From IMG/VR virus record IMGVR_UViG_3300025000_000057: a stretch of DNA of 64,000 bases; one strand, 5' to 3'. Below the pieces are notes generated by a model. It was not told where the DNA came from, did not search any database, and saw nothing but the letters and a program-made list of their open reading frames with translations. A program made the position numbers and the translations under genes. This document shows, piece after piece, positions 53,646 through 63,404 of the stretch; position 1 is the stretch's first letter, and each line of letters starts with the position of its first letter. Origin of the DNA: a virus (lineage: Duplodnaviria; Caudoviricetes).

Positions 53646-54065
53646 ATGATTAGAATGTCAGTAATAGACCTAACTCGTAAGGTATCTTGTAAGTGTAAGA
53701 CTTGTGGTGAGACATTTCAAATTGATATTGGTAATTCTACCCGTGAAGAAATTGATAAGTGGCTTGATAAAAGTGGCGGATTTCAATGCCCGGGCCGACA
53801 TGTTGAACTCGGTAAACGCAGCCATCACTGGACTATTGATTGGAATTCTCTACACGAGGATACTAAGCAAAGCGACGAAGATTGGCTAAAGGAGTTAATG
53901 ACCGAGCACGGTGTCGTCTATGAAAATGACGAGTTAAGCGCATATTTCAAAGTTACCGGATTTACTATGGGATTTTGTATGGCTAAAGATAAGACATCTG
54001 GGGAGGAAGTATGTCTTAGTTATGCCCACGCTCCTGAAAGCGGAAAACGTTATTACTTTAAGTAG
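53646..54065 (+). CDS. Hypothetical protein with CKCKTC...CPGRH
   Basis: GAGGAGG RBS. Confidence 0.75.
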   Translation: MIRMSVIDLTRKVSCKCKTCGETFQIDIGNSTREEIDKWLDKSGGFQCPGRHVELGKRSHHWTIDWNSLHEDTKQSDEDWLKELMTEHGVVYENDELSAYFKVTGFTMGFCMAKDKTSGEEVCLSYAHAPESGKRYYFK

Positions 54066-54079
54066 GGAGGTTATATGTC

Positions 54080-54613
54080 ATGATAGGTAACGAGCTAAAG
54101 GAAAAGTGTAAAGCATGTACTATTAAATGCTTTCTGGTTCCAGAAACAAAGGAACTTATTATTAATAGATGCGAGAATGACGGTATACTTAATTACGTAT
54201 CTCTCATGTGTGATATTCATAGAGAATTAACACCTCTTATGAACAAACCAGCCTATCTCTTAATATTAACTGGTCAAGGAGATACTGAAATAAAAGTTGT
54301 TGACGAAGAAACTTATAACTGGATTGTAAGTACAGAACTTGGTAAATCTGAGCAAGATAAAGGAAAACTCTACTGGAATGATATAAGTTGTCCTCCAGAA
54401 GTGAGAAAAGCTATCATAGAAACAGAGGAAGAAGGAGAAGGATTTTCAATTTCTATTGGTATAAACTCTTATTCAAATGATAGAGCTCTTTTTGCGCCTT
54501 GTATTAAGGTTAATGGTAACGAAATGAGGTTTTCCACTGTAGTAGATGTTTATAACTGGACAGTCCGTAACGGTTATACCATTATTGATGAATATCAAGG
54601 ATATATCTATTAA
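54080..54613 (+). CDS. Hypothetical protein
   Basis: GGGAGG RBS. Confidence 0.75.
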   Translation: MIGNELKEKCKACTIKCFLVPETKELIINRCENDGILNYVSLMCDIHRELTPLMNKPAYLLILTGQGDTEIKVVDEETYNWIVSTELGKSEQDKGKLYWNDISCPPEVRKAIIETEEEGEGFSISIGINSYSNDRALFAPCIKVNGNEMRFSTVVDVYNWTVRNGYTIIDEYQGYIY

Positions 54614-54616
54614 ATT

Positions 54617-54652
54617 ATTAAACGGCTGGTTAAAATTAACCAGCCGTTTAAT
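54617..54652. repeat. Near-continuous inverted repeat (16-17-bp arms)
   Basis: attaaacggctggttaa-aa-ttaaccagccgtttaat. Confidence 0.8.
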
Positions 54653-54677
54653 ATATTATCTTTTATTATAGTGTATA

Positions 54678-54698
54678 GTTACATGATACATGGTACAT
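54678..54698 (+). promoter_or_regulatory. Three tandem heptads
   Basis: GTTACAT GATACAT GGTACAT followed by tatattataat. Confidence 0.7.
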
Positions 54699-54763
54699 AC
54701 TATATATTATAATAAAGGATATACACATGTATAAGTACAATACTATTATAAGGTGGTGAATGT

Positions 54764-54958
54764 ATGGACGATTTACGTTCCGGTAATGAGGAATCGAGAC
54801 ATTGTCATACTGACAAGACAGAGATGATTCAAAGTTCGACAATAGCAAAGTTTAATTTTGAAACATCGGGTAGTACAATTTTGGAAAAGAATGTAATTAT
54901 CGAAGCTTATTATTGTCCAGTTTGTGATAATGTCGTAATCGAAGGAGTTAACGACTAA
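54764..54958 (+). CDS. Small Zn-ribbon protein
   Basis: CH...YYCPVCD. Confidence 0.65.
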   Translation: MDDLRSGNEESRHCHTDKTEMIQSSTIAKFNFETSGSTILEKNVIIEAYYCPVCDNVVIEGVND

Positions 54959-55347
54959 TGGCTATGAGAGGTAAAAGAGAAATAAAGGCCCTGGAGTATA
55001 AAGAGTGTCCTGAAATCGGTAGATTTATTAACGGATATAAAGGTAAGAACGATATTTTACAACAGGACTTTGCACTTAAACACATATGGGGCAACGGTAT
55101 GATAATCGGCTTTCATAAGAAAGACGGTGCCTTTGATGCAGACCCTGATTATTATGATGCTTACAGACTAATCGGAGATAACCGAGATCAAAAGATGATC
55201 AAATCGGTGGATCTTTTCCCGATTGAATGGGAGGTTAAGTACTGGACGGGCTGGGGTATTGACGGGTGGATAGCTTATATTGAAAGAAAGGACAAAATTC
55301 CGGCAAGTGGATTTTTCCATAGGGAAAATCTTAAAGGTAAGAGTTAA
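54958..55347 (+). CDS. Hypothetical protein
   Basis: 129 aa, TAATG coupling. Confidence 0.75.
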   Translation: MAMRGKREIKALEYKECPEIGRFINGYKGKNDILQQDFALKHIWGNGMIIGFHKKDGAFDADPDYYDAYRLIGDNRDQKMIKSVDLFPIEWEVKYWTGWGIDGWIAYIERKDKIPASGFFHRENLKGKS

Positions 55348-55361
55348 AGAGGTGCCTTGAA

Positions 55362-55673
55362 ATGCAATTAACAGAAGAAGTTCGTGAACAGATGGTATTG
55401 GAATTAGCTAAGATCTCAACCGAGCTTGGTTGGGATCCTAGTTTATTACTTTTGATAGCCTCTGATTTAGCAAAAGCTTCATTAATGATCGAACTAAACA
55501 AACTCGATCCTGAACATCAAGAAGTGTTTAATCATAACCTTAGCATAATGCAAAACTTTATTAAACAAAGGGTAGATGGTTATTCGGTAGATACAGTAAC
55601 TAAAGTGATAGTTCTCTCCGATGTGTTATCACGACTTATAATAAAATTAGCAAAGGAGAATGTACGAAAATGA
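55362..55673 (+). CDS. Helical hypothetical protein
   Basis: GAGGTG RBS. Confidence 0.75.
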   Translation: MQLTEEVREQMVLELAKISTELGWDPSLLLLIASDLAKASLMIELNKLDPEHQEVFNHNLSIMQNFIKQRVDGYSVDTVTKVIVLSDVLSRLIIKLAKENVRK

Positions 55674-57199
55674 ATGCGTACTCAGATGATTATATACTTA
55701 TTAAGATAGGAGCAACCCCTGGTTCTAAGATCTTAGTCAGGGACGATTACTACTGTCAAAGCGGCAGTAGTGATAAAGTCTATATAGGAGTTAAGGTTCA
55801 AGATCCTAATCATGTTTTGAATTTGTACTACTGTTTATATGGTGCTCGTGGTAAGCAACTACAAGCTATGGCTTATAGCTACGACTCTTATATCCAGAAA
55901 CTAAATGAACGCATTAGGAAAGGTTACTCCAAATGCGATCTGAGTTATACACTCAACATAAATGGTAGTACAATACCGACTGCAACACATACACCAGCAC
56001 CTACGCAGACAATTCCGGTTCATAATCCAGATTCCGAAGTGGCTATACAATCATGGCCATTAGCAATTTGGCCACAAGGTGCTTCCCCTATGCCTAAGGA
56101 CGAAGCAGTATTACAAGAACTTATTGATAACAAAGATTACATTTACGAGTACAAATATCGTGGTGTAAGAGCTACCTTACACATACCACCCGAAGGTGTA
56201 GAGGAAACGGCCAGGATATTTGGTAGAAATGCGGTTCAAGACAACCCTACCAGACCGCATGAATTCACTCCTAAACTAATGCATCTGGCGACTCTTAAGT
56301 TTCCTAAAGAATTGGAAGGTACTGTACTTGATGGAGAGATACTTTCTACCAAATACGGACACACTGTAGGTTCGGATGCTAAGATTGCTGGTGATTTAAG
56401 TGCAGAAGATGGCCGGGATAATAGTCACTTATACTTTGTAGCATTCGATATGCCGGTTCTCAATTGTAAGGAGATTGTAAATAAACCATGGCACGAGCGT
56501 AGACAATTGTTAGAAATCGTGTGTCATAAACTTGTTTTAGAGGGTATTGACATTAAAGCCAGTTGGTATACTGATAAAGATAAAGCCGAGGCTCATAACA
56601 GGATACTGGCCGCCGGTGGTGAAGGTGGTATATTTAAGAATATACATGCCACTTACTCTTATGGTAAGAAACCAAAGGCATGGATAAAGTGGAAACGTAT
56701 TGAGACTGACGATGTTGTTATCATGGGCTACACAATAGCTGAACCAGGGAAATATAATAACGGCATGGATATTGTACTTATCGGAGCTATTGAGTATGGT
56801 ATGTACGTTGAATGTACTCTAGAGCAGTATAATATATTTATGAATAAACACGGACTTACCGAAATTCGAAAGTATGGAGACAAACCCGAGTTCTTTAAGT
56901 CAGCCGATGATAAGTTTTATCAACTCACTTATGTAGGTAAATGCTCAGGCTTATCAGATCCGGCCAGGAGAGAATTTACCAGCAATGGTAACGCTTATTT
57001 AGGGAAGGTAATGAAGATATACCGTCATGAGAAATCCGCCGACGGTACCGATAATCTTGCTAGGTACGGCGGAATGCATGAAGATAAAGAGGCTTATATG
57101 TGCATATACGATGGAACGGTAAAGGCAAAGCGAGCCTCGACAAGAAAAAGGAAGACTAACACACCTAATGATAATTCTGTAGAAAAGACTACAGCATAG
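55670..57199 (+). CDS. lig: ATP-dependent DNA ligase with WGR-like N-terminal domain
   Basis: Motif I YEYKYRGVR, VLDGEI, YFVAFD, GEGGIFK, WIKWK, OB-fold VGKCSGL; N-terminal SDKVY..YCLYGARG. Confidence 0.85.
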   Translation: MNAYSDDYILIKIGATPGSKILVRDDYYCQSGSSDKVYIGVKVQDPNHVLNLYYCLYGARGKQLQAMAYSYDSYIQKLNERIRKGYSKCDLSYTLNINGSTIPTATHTPAPTQTIPVHNPDSEVAIQSWPLAIWPQGASPMPKDEAVLQELIDNKDYIYEYKYRGVRATLHIPPEGVEETARIFGRNAVQDNPTRPHEFTPKLMHLATLKFPKELEGTVLDGEILSTKYGHTVGSDAKIAGDLSAEDGRDNSHLYFVAFDMPVLNCKEIVNKPWHERRQLLEIVCHKLVLEGIDIKASWYTDKDKAEAHNRILAAGGEGGIFKNIHATYSYGKKPKAWIKWKRIETDDVVIMGYTIAEPGKYNNGMDIVLIGAIEYGMYVECTLEQYNIFMNKHGLTEIRKYGDKPEFFKSADDKFYQLTYVGKCSGLSDPARREFTSNGNAYLGKVMKIYRHEKSADGTDNLARYGGMHEDKEAYMCIYDGTVKAKRASTRKRKTNTPNDNSVEKTTA

Positions 57200-57204
57200 G
57201 AGGT

Positions 57205-57750
57205 GTGGTAGTGGAATTATGTGTATCGTCTAATGTAATAGCAAGTGAACATGCCTATGATAGGTGGAAAGAGTATGGCGGTAGAATATACATTCTTGAT
57301 GCCTTTGCAAAGGCTACCTACATAGGTAATGATTTTCACAAATCACAGGAGGCAGAATATTATATCTGGGAGGATAAGATCTTTGTATATGCATATCAAA
57401 CCAATATAATTATTACTGTGATTAATGTAAATTACAATTTATCCTCCGAGATTAACAAAGTCGTTATCAATAAGCAAACGAAACTAGTACTAAAGTTATT
57501 GGAAAAGGTAGATGTAGCAAAAGCCCGACTAGCTCTCAATGAGAGAGAGTCTACTCGAAAACTAAGTTATATTGAAGATCAAATCCTCGTACATGAGAGA
57601 AAGATCGAGGCCTTACGACATTCTCGAAACGCCATCCATGAAGAAGTATCGCGGTATAAGAAAGAAACAGAGGCTGCGATAAAAGATCATTCATCTGAGT
57701 TAAGCAGATTATATTTCTCAATTGACTATCGAGTAAAGAATAAGAAATAG
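57205..57750 (+). CDS. Hypothetical protein with C-terminal coiled coil
   Basis: SEHAYDRWKE (RelE/ParE-like pattern, weak). Confidence 0.7.
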   Translation: MVVELCVSSNVIASEHAYDRWKEYGGRIYILDAFAKATYIGNDFHKSQEAEYYIWEDKIFVYAYQTNIIITVINVNYNLSSEINKVVINKQTKLVLKLLEKVDVAKARLALNERESTRKLSYIEDQILVHERKIEALRHSRNAIHEEVSRYKKETEAAIKDHSSELSRLYFSIDYRVKNKK

Positions 57751-57763
57751 GAGGTATATCTCG

Positions 57764-58183
57764 ATGATGCTTATAGATCTTACATGGCTTGAATTCAGAG
57801 CACTTCCTATTGAAAGTCGTAGACACAGGATAGAAGAATTCAAAGCCAAGGGATTTGGCATCTTTAAGTTAGCTAGAATATGGAATGTTACTAACGCTTC
57901 TATTCATAAAGCTCTTGAGACTTCATCAGAAATATCCGAACTTTCTAAGGGTACTGTCAAAGAACGTCTAGAAGATCTGGTTATTCAAATGGAAGATGGA
58001 ACTCCTAAACAGCTAATAGAGATCGCCATACAAACCTTAGGTTATGAAATTAACACAGATGCTCTAGAAGAAATGAGAAAAGAGAATGAGCGTCTAAATA
58101 ATGCCTATAATGATTTAAAGAAAGACTTTGCTACTGTTGTGAAAATACAAAAGAAGTACGAGGAGGTGTCTAATGCAAGCTAA
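57764..58183 (+). CDS. Possible HTH + coiled-coil protein
   Basis: GFGIFKLARIWNVTNASIHKAL. Confidence 0.55.
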   Translation: MMLIDLTWLEFRALPIESRRHRIEEFKAKGFGIFKLARIWNVTNASIHKALETSSEISELSKGTVKERLEDLVIQMEDGTPKQLIEIAIQTLGYEINTDALEEMRKENERLNNAYNDLKKDFATVVKIQKKYEEVSNAS

Positions 58184-58745
58184 TCGTGTATCTATAGGAA
58201 CCCCTGTTAAAGTATGGTCACTTGACAGTTCAGAGTATTACGGTAGCGGTATAATAGCTGGACATTTCTATGTATGGCGTAGTTCTCCAAGATTAGGAAG
58301 AACTCCTGTTTTAGACACGTATATAGCTATTACAGAGGGCCCTAACGCAGGTACTGACCTTATAGCCGGACTTGAATGTTTCTATCATACGATACCCTTA
58401 TGCGGACTTACAGAAAGACAAGCCAAGGCTATGGAGCAAATTACTCCTTTTAAACGAAATGGTCAACTCGCTATAGGTACTGTATTAACTAGCTTATCGC
58501 AACAGCTACTCCCAGAAAGTTTTAAAGCACTTAAAAGTCTGTTAACTACTCAGGCTAATAAAGAGATTGACATTTTTGAAGTACAATACGATTTTCCAGG
58601 TAGAGTTTATCTTGCATTAAACATTACTGATGTTACATGTAATAATATTAGAGAGATAATCAAGCACCACTTCTCATATGATGACGGTGGAGTACTTAAC
58701 TGGAAGATGGTAGCTTGGATACATGAAAAGAGGGAAATAACGTAG
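58173..58745 (+). CDS. Hypothetical protein
   Basis: GAGGAGGTG RBS. Confidence 0.75.
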   Translation: MQANRVSIGTPVKVWSLDSSEYYGSGIIAGHFYVWRSSPRLGRTPVLDTYIAITEGPNAGTDLIAGLECFYHTIPLCGLTERQAKAMEQITPFKRNGQLAIGTVLTSLSQQLLPESFKALKSLLTTQANKEIDIFEVQYDFPGRVYLALNITDVTCNNIREIIKHHFSYDDGGVLNWKMVAWIHEKREIT

Positions 58746-58753
58746 GGTACTAT

Positions 58754-58782
58754 TTGACATGTTACATGTTATATGCTACAAT
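58754..58782 (+). promoter_or_regulatory. Sigma-A promoter built from four heptads
   Basis: TTGACAT GTTACAT GTTATAT GCTACAAT; TTGACA-17-TACAAT with extended TG. Confidence 0.85.
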
Positions 58783-58806
58783 GTATTCAAGAATAAACGT
58801 CTTGAA

Positions 58807-58841
58807 TAACTAACCCTTCCCAAAAGGGGAAGGGTTAGTTA
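58807..58841. repeat. Perfect 15-bp inverted repeat in the AAA+ leader
   Basis: taactaacccttccc-aaaag-gggaagggttagtta. Confidence 0.8.
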
Positions 58842-58871
58842 ATATTAATATATAAAGAGGGAGCGGATTGT

Positions 58872-60188
58872 ATGAGTAATCAAGGTTTAGCTATGCAAAA
58901 CCCAGGAGCGATTAATTTAAACCAATTAACACAACAACAGATCGAAGCTATGGCAATGGGAGCTGCTAATAAGTTAAACGTTATTAAGACAGAATTAAAC
59001 CAGGTTGTACTGGAGAGGGAGGCGGAAATCTCAAGCTTAATAAGAGCTCTTGCTGCAAGTGAACACGTACTATTTTTAGGGCCGCCTGGAGTTGCAAAAA
59101 CTATGTTGGCCAGGTATATGGTAAGCCATATCGTAGATGGCCGGTACTTCTACTGGTTAATGAACCGTACTACAGACCCAAGTGCTTTGCTTGGCCCTTA
59201 CAAGTTAAAAGAGATGGAGAAGGGTCGTTTCACAAGAAACTGGCAGGGAATGCTTCCAGACTGCCATATTGTAAACTTAGATGAGTTTTATAAAAGCAAT
59301 GAACCGGTTGTTAACATTCTACTGACCATCTTAAATGAAAGGTTATTCCACGATGATGGTCAAGCTATTCCGGTAGTATTGCGTACCTTGGTAGCCTGCT
59401 CAAATGAGGGGCCAGAGGATGATATTCTAAAACCGTTACATGACAGACTCCTATTCCGACACATTGTACAGCCGATTAAAGATCCTTCAAACCGTATCAA
59501 AATGATGAAATTAGATGTTGCTAGACGGTCTGTTGGAGGTCAGTATATTCCAAGAACTGTAATCAGCATTCCGGAATTAGATGCTCTTAGCATCGTAATT
59601 AACAGGTGGGTAAAGATACCTGATAGCGTATATGCTGCTCTTAATAAACTAGATATGGCGCTTATAAAGAAAGGTATCGAGATTACAGACCGTAGAAAGA
59701 CCGCCAGAATGAAAGTACTTCAGGCGGAAGCCGTACTAAATGGTCGCATGATTGTATCTACAAATGACCTTACAGCTCTTACACATATATTCTGGGAGCG
59801 CGAAGAGGACATTAAAGAGGTCGATACCGAAATATCAAAACTGGTTAATCCGTACGAGCAAAAGTTCAAGGAACTAATGACAAGAGCTACGGAAATCCAT
59901 AAGGTTACTATGGGTATTGATACATTTGCTGAAAGGGCTAAAGCCGCTATTGAAGCAAAGAGTGTTCTTGATAAGATTCTTGAGAAAATGAGTGGAATGA
60001 CAGATTCCATGAGGAAAGAAGGTCACGATACTGATAAGATACAAAAAGGTATTGTGGAGGTTGAATCGTTCCGTAGTCAAGTCATGCAAGATTGTCTAGG
60101 CGTTAATAAAGCAACTAATAATGCTCAGGTAATAGATCAACCCGATTTGTTTGGGACTAATGGTAGCGACGCATCATTACCCTTCTAG
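58872..60188 (+). CDS. MoxR/RavA-like AAA+ ATPase
   Basis: LFLGPPGVAKT, NLDEFYK, LNER, ACSNE, HDRLLFR, ITDRR. Confidence 0.88.
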   Translation: MSNQGLAMQNPGAINLNQLTQQQIEAMAMGAANKLNVIKTELNQVVLEREAEISSLIRALAASEHVLFLGPPGVAKTMLARYMVSHIVDGRYFYWLMNRTTDPSALLGPYKLKEMEKGRFTRNWQGMLPDCHIVNLDEFYKSNEPVVNILLTILNERLFHDDGQAIPVVLRTLVACSNEGPEDDILKPLHDRLLFRHIVQPIKDPSNRIKMMKLDVARRSVGGQYIPRTVISIPELDALSIVINRWVKIPDSVYAALNKLDMALIKKGIEITDRRKTARMKVLQAEAVLNGRMIVSTNDLTALTHIFWEREEDIKEVDTEISKLVNPYEQKFKELMTRATEIHKVTMGIDTFAERAKAAIEAKSVLDKILEKMSGMTDSMRKEGHDTDKIQKGIVEVESFRSQVMQDCLGVNKATNNAQVIDQPDLFGTNGSDASLPF

Positions 60189-60203
60189 AAGGAGGCGAAT
60201 GGA

Positions 60204-62156
60204 TTGAAAAACCCGTTTGAAGATTTTATAGATCCTTTTAACAATGATAATAACGAGGCTGAGAAATCGGGCTATATTGACCCGTTTTCTCAGCCACAAA
60301 AGCCGCATCAAATTGATCCTTTCAGTATTAATAATACACTGAAACCTAGTGATAATCCATTTGATTACTGGGTTCCTGATAAGCTAAATACTCCAGAAGA
60401 ACCAAGGGATATGTCACCGGAAGAGGCAGCGTTTCTGGCCGAGCAGGATATACTTCGGGAAGAGATTAGTAAACGTGATTTAAATGATAAGAAAAATGTA
60501 GCCGGTATCTTTGACCTGCCTGAGTTAACAACGGGGAGTAATATCAAGAAAAGTCGGCAAGCATTAAGACAAACAATATACGATGGCGATATCTTTACAG
60601 ATATAGTACAAGATTCGCCCGTTATGGAAGAGACACTCAACGAGGCTAGGAAGTTGTTAAGAACTCTGCCAGCGCTTGCTCAAGATCAATTCTTAGCATT
60701 GTTTAAAATGGAACCGGAAATGGTTACTATTGACCATATGATAAAAGAGTACGAAGTAAATTGGCATTTATTAAAAGGTACTATGAGCTGTCAGGAGTAT
60801 ATTAATTTAGTACCGAGTTGTACACTTGATATATTTTGCAGTGCCATTGGTTCTGAGGTACTCTTGCGGCGTATAGTCGACTTATTGAAAGAAAAGATCG
60901 AAGAGCACCGGAAGGCTAAGGAAGAGGCCGATAAAAACGGCATGCCAGATCCGAATGCTCAAAACCCTGGTCAGGTTAATATGGACGAATGGGTTAAAAC
61001 TATAAACGATATGATCGATAACTCTCAGAATTTAAATAAGGTCAATAATAGTATTAGCCAAATTGATGAAATGATAAAGAAAGCTGACGCTGCTAAACAA
61101 AAGGGGCTAGAATTAACAAAGGACGGTCTTCTAATGGATCAGCAATTAGCATTAAAACTTGCAGATCAACTTAGTAAGATTGTTAACGATAATATGAAAA
61201 CCCATGTCCCGGAAATCGAGACTATCATAAAAACAGCCTTGACTGATACCGAACCAGAAGTCGGTGCCGTTCGAGATGCTGTTAATATGTGGGGATGGGC
61301 TGAGAATGATGGTAATGTACGTATTACAATGGAGAATAAACGTCGAGCTCTAGAACGTTTACGTACCAGCGATAAAATGAAGCGATTGGCCGAGTTAATA
61401 GGACATTTCCGGAAAATCGCTCAGGCTGAGAAGAAACGTAAAAGCCCAGACGGTCAGGTGAATATTAAAACAGTTACCCAGGGTGGTAATATTCTAGAGG
61501 CTCTTCCGTCAGAACTCGGCCTCTTAATGCATCCTACTGCAAGAGCGGATGTACTGCGTAGAATGAATGAGAATCGTCTACTGGTCTATAAGAAAGAAAG
61601 TACCGGTTTTGTAGGCAGAGGGCCTATGGTGGTTTGTGGTGATACTTCTGGCTCTATGAGTGGTCAAAAGGAAGAATGGAGTAAAGCCTTAGCTCTTGCT
61701 TTAATCGAAATTGCACAACAGCAAAAGCGTGATTTCTATTGTATTCACTTTTCAACTAATATAGTGGGCGAATGGGAAGTTCAAAAAGGATTGTTTGATC
61801 CTAATGTTGTTATCGATATCGCTGAGAAATTCAGTGGCGGTGGTACTAACTTTGAACGACCCTTAATGAAAGCTATGGATGTTATCAAGAAGAATAAGTA
61901 TAAGAAAGCTGATATACTATTCATTACAGATGGAGATTGTGCCGTATCAGGTAAGTTTATCAGCGATTTTAAAGCCCTTAAGACTGAGAAAGACTTTATG
62001 GTACGTACCGTCTTGATCAATACTGGTAGTGGCGGTACTAGCAGATCCACCGTAGCACAATTCTCTGATAGCGTAACCGCAATAAGTAATTTAGCAGATT
62101 TAAATGGTGGTGATGATAGTGTTGCCAGAGCGATCCTTGGAGGTATCCAAGATTAG
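60204..62156 (+). CDS. VWA-domain protein (ViaA-like)
   Basis: MIDAS DTSGSMSG, FSGGGTNF, FITDGD; preceded by LPSELGLL. Confidence 0.88.
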   Translation: MKNPFEDFIDPFNNDNNEAEKSGYIDPFSQPQKPHQIDPFSINNTLKPSDNPFDYWVPDKLNTPEEPRDMSPEEAAFLAEQDILREEISKRDLNDKKNVAGIFDLPELTTGSNIKKSRQALRQTIYDGDIFTDIVQDSPVMEETLNEARKLLRTLPALAQDQFLALFKMEPEMVTIDHMIKEYEVNWHLLKGTMSCQEYINLVPSCTLDIFCSAIGSEVLLRRIVDLLKEKIEEHRKAKEEADKNGMPDPNAQNPGQVNMDEWVKTINDMIDNSQNLNKVNNSISQIDEMIKKADAAKQKGLELTKDGLLMDQQLALKLADQLSKIVNDNMKTHVPEIETIIKTALTDTEPEVGAVRDAVNMWGWAENDGNVRITMENKRRALERLRTSDKMKRLAELIGHFRKIAQAEKKRKSPDGQVNIKTVTQGGNILEALPSELGLLMHPTARADVLRRMNENRLLVYKKESTGFVGRGPMVVCGDTSGSMSGQKEEWSKALALALIEIAQQQKRDFYCIHFSTNIVGEWEVQKGLFDPNVVIDIAEKFSGGGTNFERPLMKAMDVIKKNKYKKADILFITDGDCAVSGKFISDFKALKTEKDFMVRTVLINTGSGGTSRSTVAQFSDSVTAISNLADLNGGDDSVARAILGGIQD

Positions 62157-62166
62157 GAAACAGGTA

Positions 62167-62340
62167 ATGATAACTCGCGGGCCGGACAGTAATACCCGGT
62201 CTGTCGAGTTCATCTGTAACACAGACTGTATATGGTTTGATGTATACATAGGCCCAGATTGCGCTCATTCGGGGCACAATTGGAAACAACCAATACAAGG
62301 GCTCCTTTGTCCTAATATTGAAAGGAGAATGAAAACATGA
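62167..62340 (+). CDS. Small Cys protein
   Basis: C-x3-CIWF..C..CPN; start moved to ATG 62167. Confidence 0.55.
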   Translation: MITRGPDSNTRSVEFICNTDCIWFDVYIGPDCAHSGHNWKQPIQGLLCPNIERRMKT

Positions 62341-63371
62341 CTACTGTTGGAGCACTTCAGATACAAGATAATCTTAATGAAAGTATTGGTACTGGAAATG
62401 GGATTGTCGGTATGACAGGAGCTTTTAATCTAAAAGATGAGCACCTATTAGGACATCTTGAATTTCATCAAGTACCTGACATGCGTGTTCAAAAGGACGA
62501 GGTTGCTGTACTTTGGGATAATAGCGGTCTCGACCCTAAATACTTACCGTCAAAAATTCATCCGGCTGATGCGTTTAGACGGGCAACCTCGACCGCAGCC
62601 TCTGGTAATATCATAATTACAGATGCCAATGGTGTAAATCATAAAGCCCGGTTACTGGTTAGAGAAGTCATTAATGATGATAATTTTATTGTCCGGCACC
62701 TGATTCGAGAATTGGTAGATGATAAGAATGAGGTACTGGATTACGCTCATGTTGGTAGCTGGAAGTTTAACAAGAAGACCAAAACGACCGAAGATGCCAT
62801 TACCACTAATTATTACAATGAATACAGCTATAGTGTAATAGTTCCTGATACAACAAAGCTGGTAGATGAGTTGTTAAACTATCATACTAAAGACACAGTA
62901 AGAAATCTCATTACCAAGGTAACCAGGGACTCAAACCCAACACCCATTATGCACCGTTCTCAGGGAAAGTTTATACCTAAAGGACATTACGATACCCTTA
63001 AGGGATTGCAGAGCTTTCTTAAAGAGTTGAGAGATGTGTATATCCCAGGTTCCGACTGTTCAATGGATCTTATCCCAATAGTAGATACCCTTGAGCAACG
63101 GGAGATGATCGCCAGAAAAGCTTCGTTTTCTTTAAAAGAAGATGCGGATAAGCTTATTATGGAATTTGCAGAAATCATGAACGTTAAGAAAGAAATCAAA
63201 CCTGAGATAGCAGAAAGACTAATTCGTAATGCCTTAGAAATGAGAGAGCGTATGGCGGAATACGAAGGTCTTCTTAATATGCGTTTACAGGTGCTGGCAG
63301 ATCAGATGAATAACTTTATAAGTAACGTAAGACTCGCTCCTACACCGGAATCTAAGAAAATACAGGATTAA
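62337..63371 (+). CDS. DUF6744-like protein (AAA+/VWA neighbour)
   Basis: LGHLEF..LPSKIHPADAFRRAT..RELVD..FIP; family recalled from memory. Confidence 0.55.
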   Translation: MTTVGALQIQDNLNESIGTGNGIVGMTGAFNLKDEHLLGHLEFHQVPDMRVQKDEVAVLWDNSGLDPKYLPSKIHPADAFRRATSTAASGNIIITDANGVNHKARLLVREVINDDNFIVRHLIRELVDDKNEVLDYAHVGSWKFNKKTKTTEDAITTNYYNEYSYSVIVPDTTKLVDELLNYHTKDTVRNLITKVTRDSNPTPIMHRSQGKFIPKGHYDTLKGLQSFLKELRDVYIPGSDCSMDLIPIVDTLEQREMIARKASFSLKEDADKLIMEFAEIMNVKKEIKPEIAERLIRNALEMRERMAEYEGLLNMRLQVLADQMNNFISNVRLAPTPESKKIQD

Positions 63372-63382
63372 TCCTGTATTTT
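63357..63382. repeat. 26-bp perfect palindrome over the stop codon
   Basis: aaaatacaggattaatcctgtatttt. Confidence 0.75.
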
Positions 63383-63404
63383 CCTTACAAAGGAGGAGAT
63401 TAAT

